Of a stretch of DNA of 48,837 bases, positions 1-9,900 are shown piece after piece (the stretch's first letter is position 1; every line of letters begins with the position of its first letter). A model generated the notes under the pieces. That model had not been told where the DNA came from, ran no database searches, and saw only the letters and a program-made list of their open reading frames with translations. This stretch comes from Chrysochromulina tobinii (taxonomy: Eukaryota): assembly GCA_001275005.1 (NCBI GenBank), contig JWZX01003356.1, forward strand, positions 1 to 48,837, in the 5' to 3' direction. A program made the translations under genes and the position numbers.

Positions 1-24
1 GCATAGGGCGCGCTGAAGCCGCCC

Positions 25-86
25 GCTTCGAGCGGCACAGCAGGTGCTTCGAGCGACACAGCAAGGTGCTTCGAGCGACACAGCAA
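25..86. repeat. Short tandem repeat, 3 copies of a 21-22 bp unit
   Basis: gcttcgagcg(g/a)cacagca(a)ggt unit starts at 25, 46 and 68. Confidence 0.8.
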
Positions 87-947
87 AAGGGCGCTCGCGC
101 TGTTTCGGTCACAACGGTAAAATTCCCACACTTCCATCCTTACGGTTCGGGTGCGCCACCTGATCTCAGCTTCACTCCGGGACCGGGTCGTCCGTGATAA
201 AAACGAGGCGCCGCCCGGCCCGTGAATGAGTCATAAGATCCTGCTCCCCGGTGTGCCCGTTATAAACAAACGATACCACGGGCCAGACCCGCACCGCTTG
301 TGCTGCGCCGCGCGCGCCGGTCGCCCGGCGGGTCCAGATCGGTGAGAGATGACCAGATCCGAGATCGCACGGATCGGTTGCGGCGCCGGCGGCGCGAGAT
401 TTTGACCTATAGAGGGGGGAGGCACAGGGTTTCAACACCGGTGCACTTCGTCACCGCCAACACCCGTAGTGGTGAAAAACACCCGCGTTAGGCGGTACAA
501 TGCACCCAAGACGGCGACCGCGCCGGCGTATTTTATTACTATTTTCATTTGTGTATTGTGCAGGCTAAAATGGCTCTGGTGGATCAAAAGTTATATAATG
601 AGTTCCGAATGGACCTGAGGCGACACAAACCCTCCTTTGTAGTAATCCGCGGCGTCTCCATAATATTACGGTTCCGCGATGCGAAAACGCGTGCACGGGA
701 CCGTGGTGCCGTGCGCGTTGGCAATCGGCGTTGGCGCTTCAACTGTGACGATCTGTCGAGCCTGCAACGACTCGTTCTTCGTGGTGCCCGAACCCAGCGC
801 ACGTGCGGCGCGCGAGGGCAGTGTGAACAGAGGCCGCGCACATTGCCCTCGCTCACACTCGAGTGAGCTTGTGTCTAGCCGTATGTACGTAGTGCACCTC
901 TATCATGTCCATGTCCACACAGAGTTGACGCTCAACAGGCCCGTGCT

Positions 948-2606
948 TTAGCTCGAGCGAGCATAGAAGCCTTTGAGTGTCTTCTCGGGGATGCGCTTGA
1001 GCATCTCCTTGGGGAAGGTACGCAGTAGGCCCCAGGCGATCTCGAGGGTGTCGAAGATGGTGCGGTTCTCGTACGGGCCCTGCGTGACGAATTTGGACTC
1101 GAACTTGTCGAGGAACTCGAGATACAAGTGATCCTCCGACGAGAGCGCCTCCTCGCCGACCACGGCCTTCATGGCTTGCACATCCTTGCCGATGGCGTAG
1201 TTGGCGTACAGCTGGTTGGAGACGTCGCCATGGTCGCGGCGCGTCATGCCCTCTCCGATGGCCGACTTCATCAGACGCGAGAGTGAGGGCAGCACGTTGA
1301 TAGGCGGGTAGACCTGGCGGTTCATCAGCTGGCGGTCGACATAGATCTGGCCCTCGGTAATGTAGCCGGTCAGGTCAGGGATGGGGTGGGTGATGTCGTC
1401 GTTGGGCATGGTGAGGATGGGGAACTGCGTGATGGAACCGGCGCGGCCCTCAACGCGGCCGGCGCGCTCGTAGATGGTGGCAAGATCCGTGTACATGTAG
1501 CCTGGGTAGCCGCGGCGACCGGGCACCTCCTCGCGCGCAGCAGAGACCTCACGGAGAGCATCAGCGTACGACGACATGTCGGTCATGATGGCAAGGACGT
1601 GCTTGTCCTTCTCGTACGCCATGTACTCAGCGACCGTGAGAGCGATACGAGGGGTGATGATGCGCTCGATGGTGGGGTCGTTGGCGAGGTTAAGGAAGAG
1701 GGGCACGCGCTCGAGGGCGCCGTTCTCTTCGAAATCCTGCTTGAAGAAGCGGGCGGTCTCCATGTTCACACCCATCGCAGCGAAGACAATAGCAAAGGAC
1801 TCTTCCGAGTCATCAGAAGTTGAGGAGTGCTTCTGCGCCCCCTTGACGAGGCCGGCCTGACGGCAGATCTGCGCGGCGATGTCATTGTGGGGCAGACCAG
1901 CGGCGAGAAGAGCGGGATCTTCTGGCCACGCGCCACCGAGTTCATGCAGTCGATCGTCGAGATACCTGTCTGGATCATCTCCTCGGGGTATGTCCGCATC
2001 TGCGGGTTGATCGGCTGGCCGTTGATGTCGAGGAAGCACTCGGGCAGCACAGCCGGCCCTTTGTCGATGGGTTTGCCGGAGCCGTTGAAGATACGCCCAA
2101 GCATGTCCTCGGACACGGGCGTCCTCAGAATGTCGCCGGAGAACTCCACCGCGGTGCTCAAGTTGTCGATGCCGGAGGTGCCCTCAAAGACCTGCACGAC
2201 CGCCTTGGAGCCCTGCACCTCGAGGACCTGACCGGTGCGCTGCGTGCCATCCGAGAGCGTCAGATTGACAATCTCCGCAAATTTCGGGCGGCGCACGTTC
2301 TGCACGAGCAGATATTGGGGAGAAGGGCCAAGGGAGGAGAGGCGAACACGTCAGTGGGGCGACTTAGTAGAGAAAGCACAAGCGCGAGTGCGATCACGTC
2401 AATCACTGAGAAAGTCGTCTGCGCCGCAGCGATCCGGCCAGAAAGTCAGGGCGTCGCTTGCTGCCTCACGATTAGGCGGCTGAGGGCGTCGTTGCACGTA
2501 CCTCGAGGATGACGAGAGGGCCGTTAACACCCTGAAGCGTCCTGTACTCAAGGCGCGGCTTGATCATGAAGTCACGTTTCACAGCATCGACCTGAACCTT
2601 GGACAT
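948..2606 (-). CDS. ATP6V1B: V-type proton ATPase subunit B (2 exons; one apparent 1-bp frameshift)
   Basis: Exon 1 2606-2502 ([35 protein letters not shown]), GT-AG intron 2501-2300, exon 2 from 2299. Hallmarks include [56 protein letters not shown] and [13 protein letters not shown]. Frame changes near 1900-1905 (FS-AAGLPHN lacks one base). Confidence 0.97.
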
Positions 2607-3113
2607 GGTACCCTGATGGGGAGTGGAAGGTTGCGCGGTCGGCTAGAGGGTTCGGTGGCCGAATCAGATGCACATAAAAGCGAGCGGAAAGGGACGCGGA
2701 GGTTGTCCAGAGCAGCCATTGACGCGAGCGTGTGTGCGTGAGACACATTTGTCTGACGCAACGACTGCACCCCGCTTGTGACGGCACAGAGGAGTTCGCT
2801 TGGCCGGCAGACCCGCCAGCAGACCGCCCCGATCCGCCGGCGCTAGCCGAGATGCTCTGCAGCACGCGGGGGCTTCAGCGACGCAGGCACCGCGGCGAGA
2901 CACATACTTGGGAGTGTCAGGGAGCGCTTCCTTGCGGAATTCTTTTGTGCGTGTCCGAGAACACATATTCACTGAGCCCTAATCGTGAAAACCCCCCAGG
3001 GGGGAGAAGAACCGGGGGGGGGTTAGAAGAATCCGCTCTACATGAGATGATTTACCCGCGGTACAGACGAGGTTCTTGAGGCTCTTCTCCGCCCGCGCCC
3101 TCCGGACAACCGG
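2607..3113. promoter_or_regulatory. Putative bidirectional promoter between V-ATPase B and ATG101
   Basis: Head-to-head start codons at 2606 (-) and 3114 (+), about 500 bp apart; no specific elements identified. Confidence 0.5.
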
Positions 3114-3908
3114 ATGAACCTCAACCTCGTCGAGCTGGATGTGCTCCACGTGGAGGCGTATCAGATTAAGGAGGTCCTTAAGGTGATATTCCCTTCAACC
3201 CTTGTGAGGCCTTGCAGGTCACAACTCGTGCTGAGAGAACGCCATCGTCTGCACCCACTGTGACAGGTTCTGCTCCATTCGATCATTTTCCAGCGTGCGC
3301 TCCATGCTGTCGCCTACCGCGACTGCGAGAGCGAGCTCTTTGATATCGCCTATGTGCGGGTCGACTCCCAGGCCATCTCCAAAAGAGTCGAGGATTATGC
3401 TGAGGCGTTCAGCAGCGCGCTCGAGCGGACGGAGGCGACGCGGCGCGTGCAGATCTGCGTCTCCTGTGTCGAACGGCGGCCCCGCCCTGCTGCGTTTGGC
3501 TTCTTCCGCTCCGACGATCAGGTCACGTGGGAGCGGTGGAGCATAGCGCTCTCAGTACGCTCCCCACTGGCGCCGCTGCCGCCCGATTTTTGCACTGGCA
3601 TGGGCACCAGCACGAGCCCGGCCGCCGCTGCCGCAGCCCTCGCCGGTGGCGGAGGCACTGCCGCCGACCCAGCCGCCATGGCCGAGTACCGGCGCAGGCA
3701 GCAGCACGAGCTGAGCGAGGCCCTACGCGGGCGGCTCGAGGACATTCTGACCAAGGCCGCCAGCACCAAGGACCACCTGCCGCCCGCTGAGGGACTCGGG
3801 GCGGAGGGCACTTGGTTCGAGGTCATATCGGACGCCACGGACTCGTCGCTCATGGACATTTTGAAGCTGGGCTTCGGACGAAGCCAGTCCATGTTCACGA
3901 CGACATGA
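3114..3908 (+). CDS. ATG101: Autophagy-related protein 101 (HORMA domain), 2 exons, ~236 aa
   Basis: Exon 1 3114-3182 (MNLNLVELDVLHVEAYQIKEVLK), intron 3183-3266, exon 2 3267-3908 (VLLHSIIFQRAL...ELFDIAYVRVD...QICVS...TWERWSIALSV). Matches the ATG101 pattern EVLxxxLHxIxFxRAL / ELFxIxYV / WExWxIxL. Confidence 0.9.
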
Positions 3909-4989
3909 CAGATGCGGTGCAGCGGTGGAGGAACACGTACGTAAGTAGAGAAAGTCCCTAGTCCCTAGCGTGAAGTGAGTCGAAAACACGCCCGCGCGGT
4001 CCGGCGCCCCGGCAGCGGGCACAAGGTCTGCGGTACTCAACGGTCGCGGTCTGCGCGTGCGGGATAAGTGCGGGACAGTGGCACGAAACGGGCGAGCGGG
4101 GCATCCGTACGCCCCCGATCGGTGCGATCGCGCCTCGCGCGCCCCCCCGCGTGACCCGACCTCCCCCCACACCCCGCTGACACCCCCCTCCCCCGCGGCG
4201 GTCCACGACCCCGCCGCGGGTGCCGTCCCAACCCCGTCCCCGACACGACGGCGACCGACCGGTGGCACGAGCGACGAGCGCGGGCGGGGCCGCGCGGGGG
4301 GGCGCGGAGGCTGCGGCGGACGTCCCCTCGTCCCGCCCGCTGGCGGTCGCCGTGGTAGCGTATACGTACCCCCAGGCATACGAAAACACGACGTAGTAAC
4401 TACACGAAAGCGTGGCGGTACGCGAGCCGCGTGTATCGAATACGAGACGAAAAGTCGAGAGTCAGAACTCAGATGCGAGATGTGGACGCTCGGGACGGGA
4501 CTGGAGGGTGATCGGCCGCGCCGGTAGCCCGTAGGTAGCCCGTACGGGGTTCGGACGCGTTCGGTTCCCGTTCCCGCGCTCCCGCGGGGGTTCCGGCGCC
4601 GGCCCGGCGGCTGAGCTGTTCGGTTCCGCCCCGCCCCGCCCCCGGGTTTCGAGGAGGCAGCGGACCCCAGGGACCGGACGGCGACTGGAGAGATTGTGCT
4701 ATGTGGGCAGTCCGTTTGGGGGGCGCGCAAAATCCAAAACAAAGGCCGAAAAGCCTTACCACTGTTGCACGAATTGCCGGTTGCGCACAGGAACCCGAGG
4801 GAAAACGTCGAACAGAGTCAACACCCCGACGAAAGGCTCTCCCGTCTCGCGATCCCCATGTTGAGCAACGCGTTCGCTTATCCGGGCGCCGCGGCGACGG
4901 TCCGCACGGTTCGGCGCCCACTTTCTTAGCTCCCGAAACACCTTGCGTCCTTGATGTCCACGTTTGATTTTCACGCGGCTCATACTGTG

Positions 4990-6666
4990 CTATCCACTCG
5001 AGACCCAAAATGTGAGCAGTAGATGTCGCCCCTCGCTAGCCTGCATCCAATGCTGTACATCCGCGGCCAGCCGCATCAGCAACAAGCCGCGCGGCGCGAG
5101 GTCGAACGAGATCCCGTCGTTAGGAGTCTCGCGGTAGCTCTTGAGCGTCGCTGCCGAGCCGAGGCTGAGCACTGCTGTAGTAGCGCCTCTGGAGTTTCCC
5201 ACGTGCTCGAGCACATGTGCAATCTGCCCTGGCTCGCACGCGTGAACAGTGCAGCGGTCAGGCACGGCACCGGGTAGCGCCGGCGTGAGCTCGCGAGCCA
5301 GCTGGTCCGCCCACGGGGGCAGCGGCGCACGCAGCTCGAGTAGCCCTGCCACCGAGCCGTTGGGGAGCCTCCAGCCGCTCGTCGAGATCACCTCATGTTG
5401 CAACAGTTTAGCGTCAGCTTCGGTGAGCCACGCGTCCGTGTACAGCCTGTCACCGCCGCTGGCATGCAACGGACTCAGCGGACGAAAGGATGCCTCGCCA
5501 CCAAGCACTCGGGTAGCGACGGTGGTCGCCTCATCCACGCTCGCGCCCTGCGATCTCGAGAGACGAGCTGCCGCGAACGCGGCCTCAAAATCGATCGGCT
5601 CGACCGTCGCCGTCACATCGGTCGCGGCAGCATCGGAATGTCCGCCTCGCAGCCTCTTGAGTGCCGCCTCGGATGTCTCGGGAGGTGACCCGACGGATGC
5701 TTCCGTGGGCGGTGCCTCCACGGGCGTCAACTGCAAAAGGTGCCGCTGCGCACCGGCGTCGTGCACCGCAAAGTATCCGTGCGCCGACAAAAAGGACGGT
5801 GTCTCCTCGGGGTCTGTCAGCCGCTCGACCGCTTCGGCGATGGACGGCGGCAGGCGGCGACGGTGTGGGTTCGGCCCACCACCCAGATGGCAGCGCCGAC
5901 CGTCCGGACCAATGTAGAAGCTGACCGGTGGCAGTTGCTTGAGCGGGCGGAAGCCGAGGGACGCCCAACCGCCGCCCTCACCCCAGTCGCGGTCGATCAC
6001 CGTGACGATCTCGTCGGGAGACGCGTCTCGTCGAAAGGCTGCCATGAGCTTCGTAATACCCCCCACGACGGTCTCACCGCGCCGGCTGCAATAGCGGATG
6101 AGCTCGTGCGACGCACGTGGCTCGCCACCATGCCGCCGCACGTTCCAACGAGGAGAAAAAGAGGCCACGGCAACCAGCGCGTCGCCTTGATCATATAAGC
6201 CGTAGCGATACCGCGCCTTGGTCGTGCCCCACAGGTGGTTCTCGAGCAGAAAGGCGTCCAGTGTGACCGAATCAATACGTCGGGCTACGGTCTTGCGCGC
6301 CATCACTCGTGCCGACTGGCCGAGCTTGGCCAGCAGTCGGGATCGCACAATCTGGGAGTGCTCGCTCCATTGGTCCTCCCACAGGTGCACCAGCGAGGCC
6401 GGCCTTCGCGGGGCGAAGCCATCGGTCAAAGCTCCTGTCGACGCTGCCGGAAGTGTCTCCGCCAGCGAGCGAGGCGTCGCCAGCAGATGGAGCACAAGTA
6501 AGGAGGACGAGCCGCGAACTGCGAGCAGTCGTACTGCAGCGCTGCTTCTGGCGCCGTCGCAACGTGGAAACCGAAGATTGCGGCTGCGAAACCCCTCGCT
6601 GTGCAGCCAAGTAGAAACGTCAGAAAACCACGTTGGCGTCGTTGATGTGTGTGAGCCAGGAGCCAT
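4990..6666 (-). CDS. Fusion protein: Hef/Mom-like GNAT-fold domain plus C-terminal degenerate AlkB (ALKBH6-like) domain
   Basis: Intronless 558-aa ORF. aa ~90-313: VHLWEDQW, ARK, FLLENHLWG, YGLY..LVAVASF, ELIRYC, VVGGITKL, IDRDW..G..LGF, YFAVHDAG. aa ~405-558: LYTDAWLTEADAKLL, LPPW, EPGQ, AVLSLGS, LAPRGLLLMR, LLLTF. Confidence 0.8.
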   Translation of the reverse strand: MAPGSHTSTTPTWFSDVSTWLHSEGFRSRNLRFPRCDGARSSAAVRLLAVRGSSSLLVLHLLATPRSLAETLPAASTGALTDGFAPRRPASLVHLWEDQWSEHSQIVRSRLLAKLGQSARVMARKTVARRIDSVTLDAFLLENHLWGTTKARYRYGLYDQGDALVAVASFSPRWNVRRHGGEPRASHELIRYCSRRGETVVGGITKLMAAFRRDASPDEIVTVIDRDWGEGGGWASLGFRPLKQLPPVSFYIGPDGRRCHLGGGPNPHRRRLPPSIAEAVERLTDPEETPSFLSAHGYFAVHDAGAQRHLLQLTPVEAPPTEASVGSPPETSEAALKRLRGGHSDAAATDVTATVEPIDFEAAFAAARLSRSQGASVDEATTVATRVLGGEASFRPLSPLHASGGDRLYTDAWLTEADAKLLQHEVISTSGWRLPNGSVAGLLELRAPLPPWADQLARELTPALPGAVPDRCTVHACEPGQIAHVLEHVGNSRGATTAVLSLGSAATLKSYRETPNDGISFDLAPRGLLLMRLAADVQHWMQASEGRHLLLTFWVSSG

Positions 6667-6909
6667 GTGCGCTGCTCAGCGAGGGCGTGGAATCCTGGGG
6701 TGTGAAGAGACAAGAAGACTGGCACACTGACACTCGCAGCAAAGGGACTGTGGCGACAAAAAGGGTGACATGAAATAATTTGCTTGCAGCACGCCCGTCT
6801 TTAGGCTCTCCGTACACAAAAACCCAACGCAAACGCTCCAAAACCAACATGATAACACGTCTCGTACGCTCAACGCAACTAACTTTACCTAGACGCCGAA
6901 TGTAGGTCG

Positions 6910-9900
6910 TCACTTAATCTTAGGAGCGTTGACCACAGAGAGACGCTTCTCCTTCACCGAGCTCTCTTTTCTCGATGCTAGCGCGGGCTTCACAGGGTTG
7001 GGAGACTCCTTGACTTCTGCAGGGATGGCATCGGTAGGCCTAATTTCGGATGGCTTCGCTTCAACTGGCTTGGAAATCTTGGTCGCCAGCACCACCTGTC
7101 CTTGCTTGGTTCGCTTGCCGCCTTTGTCGGCCATAGTGTCCATAGGCTCCGTCGACGGCACGAGAGCGACCGCAGTAGCCAGGCCAGTCTCCTTTGCTGG
7201 CTCATCTGGCTTCTTCCAATCAAATGACATTTCACTGTCCTTGGTGACTGCCCTGGGCTTGCGAGGCTTACGAGATTTGCCGTCATCAGCACCTAGCTTC
7301 TCGTCGAGGCCGGTGGCAGCAACTACTTTTTGTCCTTTGCGCGCAGGTGGGGTAGGGTCGATACGAATGTGGTTGGGGCGCAAGAAGCCGCCAAAGTCGT
7401 GCGTGCATTCGAAGCACCGTCGTCCCTTAACGGATCCATCGTTGCGGCCGACTGGGTCGTCGTATTGCACGCCGACCCAGTAACCCTTGCCGATCTCGGG
7501 AATCTTGCCAACGAAGCGCACTTCAGCCTTGCGATTGCCCGGGTCCACTATGACACGGTCGCCCTGCTTGACCTTACATGCCAGATCGGCCATGTGCTCG
7601 TCGTTGATGAGAGCCTTTGACGCCTCATCAGGTACCATCCAGATCGCGGGGTTCTTGGAAAGCTTCATCTGGAATTTGGCCAGGCGTGGCGAGACGGGTG
7701 CCTCGGCTACAACCCCTCCCTCTTTTTTCGAGAGCGGATCGGGGTAGCCGAGAAGCCGCAGCACCTCAACACAACGCGCACGCAGCCAGCTCGTCGGCCC
7801 AAGGGCGATGGTCATCAGAGGGCCCGCGCCACCCACACCAAGAATCGTCTCCTTGCCCACTTTATCTTGTGCCATGCAGACGAGGGTGGACGCGGCAAAG
7901 CCTTGTGTCTCACCCTCCAGCTGCCGCAAGAGGTCCACAAGCTGAGCGATCGCTCCTCGCATCTCGGCAATCAGCCGACGGTGCTGGCTCTCCTGAGATA
8001 TGCCCCAAATCGCGCAAGCTGCGTACTTCTGCGCGGCAGGCGTGCCCTTGCAGAGCAGCTCTACCATCGGCTCGATACCGCCATGCCGGACAATTTCGTG
8101 GCGGTGGTCGCCCTGGTTGCGCGCGAGCTCAGCTAGCATAGCCACTGCTGACTCCTTCGTCTCTGGAGATCGTTCGATGAGACCGGTCAACGGCGGTGCC
8201 GGGGACGGCACGGGTCGCGGAACTGGTGGCGATCGATGAAACTCCGTAAAGGCGGCCCCATTCGTTACCACGGCTGCAGAATCTGGTATGACTTCCTGCG
8301 TATGCGGGGCGTCCCTACGAATGTCCTTCATGCACTCGACGAGGGGCTTGATGCCACCAGCCTCAACAATGGTCACTTTGGAATCAACGCTTGTTGCGAG
8401 TTGCCAAAGCGCATAACAAGCGTGACGCTGCGTGTCTGGATTGGCATCACTGAGCAGTTCGACAAACTTTTCGATGCCGCTCAACTCCAGGATCTCTGCT
8501 TTATTCTCCTGAATCGCTGAGAGGTGCCGCAGGGCGCACGACGCGTGGGTACGAGCACTGTCACATGTACTCGATAGCATGAGCACGAGAGGCTTGATGC
8601 CACCTGCGCGAGCCATCTCTACCTTGCCCTCGCTGAAGCGCGCGAGGTCCGACAGCACAGCCGCGGCACGTTCAGGCGGCGTGCCCTTTTCCGAACGCGT
8701 GCCACTGCCAAGGAGTTGCACCAGCGGCTCAATAGCTCCCGCGTGCACGATCGCGGTGCGCATAACCGAACTGCGGGACGCAAGCAAGGCTAGCGCCTCT
8801 GCTGCCTTGAGCTGAGCCGACGTGTTGCGCTGCATCAAGATGCCCACCAATTGCATCACAACCACGTTTCGACTCTCGGCATGCGCCGCAAGGGACAGTA
8901 ACGCGCCGACAGCGGATTCCTGCGTCTCAACCGCATCTGACGCGAGCAAGCTAACGAGATAGCTCGACGCGCGCTCCGCGGCAAGGGCATCCTGGATTTC
9001 AACGCAGTCGCGTGCGAGTGACTCAATCGCCCGAGCTGAATGCTGTTGGGTCGCCGCCGTCTTCATTGGGTCCACCTTCGGATGCTCGTAGCGTGGATCG
9101 AGATACTTTTCACGACGTGGATCGAGGAGCTGAACAAGTGGCGGGATTCCACCCTGCGATAAGATCTGCATTTTGCTGTCTGGGTGATTCGCAACCGTCG
9201 CGATGGCGGCGGCAGCCTCCTCTTCACAGTTGACGACCTTCAAAAGCTTGACTAGGGGTGGAATGCCCCCAGCCTTTGCTATCAACTCCTGGTTGGAGGG
9301 CATATTATTTGCCAGGTTGGCCACGGCTCGACAGGCGGCCTTTTGGGCCTCCACACGGCTATCGGCCACCAATATGGCGACAATCAATGAAATAGCCTCG
9401 GTCTCGGCAATGCGCACCTGCAGCTCTTCATTAGCTTCGGCAAGGGACGCGAGGCAGAGCGCGCCCACGTCGAGGAGGCCACTCCCAGCATCACCTAGCC
9501 ATCGGACGAGGGCCTGAATCGCGCCAGCATCTGCGATGCGAACTTGCGTGGCGCCGCCGTGGGTGCAGAGCCTTGCAAGAGCAATGGCTGCCTGCCTCTT
9601 GCAACCCGTGGTAGCATTCGCCTGCGAGAGGAGCTTCACGAGCTGCGAAATGCCCTCGTGTTCCACCATCTCTTCGTGGTTAACAGAGTCCAGCGCTAGG
9701 CAAGCCAACACCATCGCCGCGTGTTCCTCCGATTCCTCATGCAACTTGCCACCGTGGAGCGACTGGATAAGTAACGGAACGACGCCCTCCTCAACCATAT
9801 TTCGCCGGCGTGTCGAGTCAGTTGTCATCGTCAGGCTTCGCAGAGCATATTCCTGAGCTTCTACGCGATCGTTTCGGAGGCCTGCCTTAAGCAGCTCGAC

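Noticed and set aside
172..951. Short ORFs at the window start
   Set aside because: No recognisable motifs; Arg/Pro-rich translations are typical of GC-rich non-coding DNA.
948..2305. Two separate ORFs or a V-ATPase B pseudogene
   Set aside because: They join into one highly conserved protein with a single-base correction.
3723..5008. 339-aa and 179-aa minus-strand ORFs
   Set aside because: Low-complexity translations with no domain signal; partly antisense to ATG101.
5728..6500. Active homing endonuclease or mobile element
   Set aside because: Only the HLWEDxW end of the Vsr-like part is visible; no catalytic nuclease core, host intron or element termini were seen.
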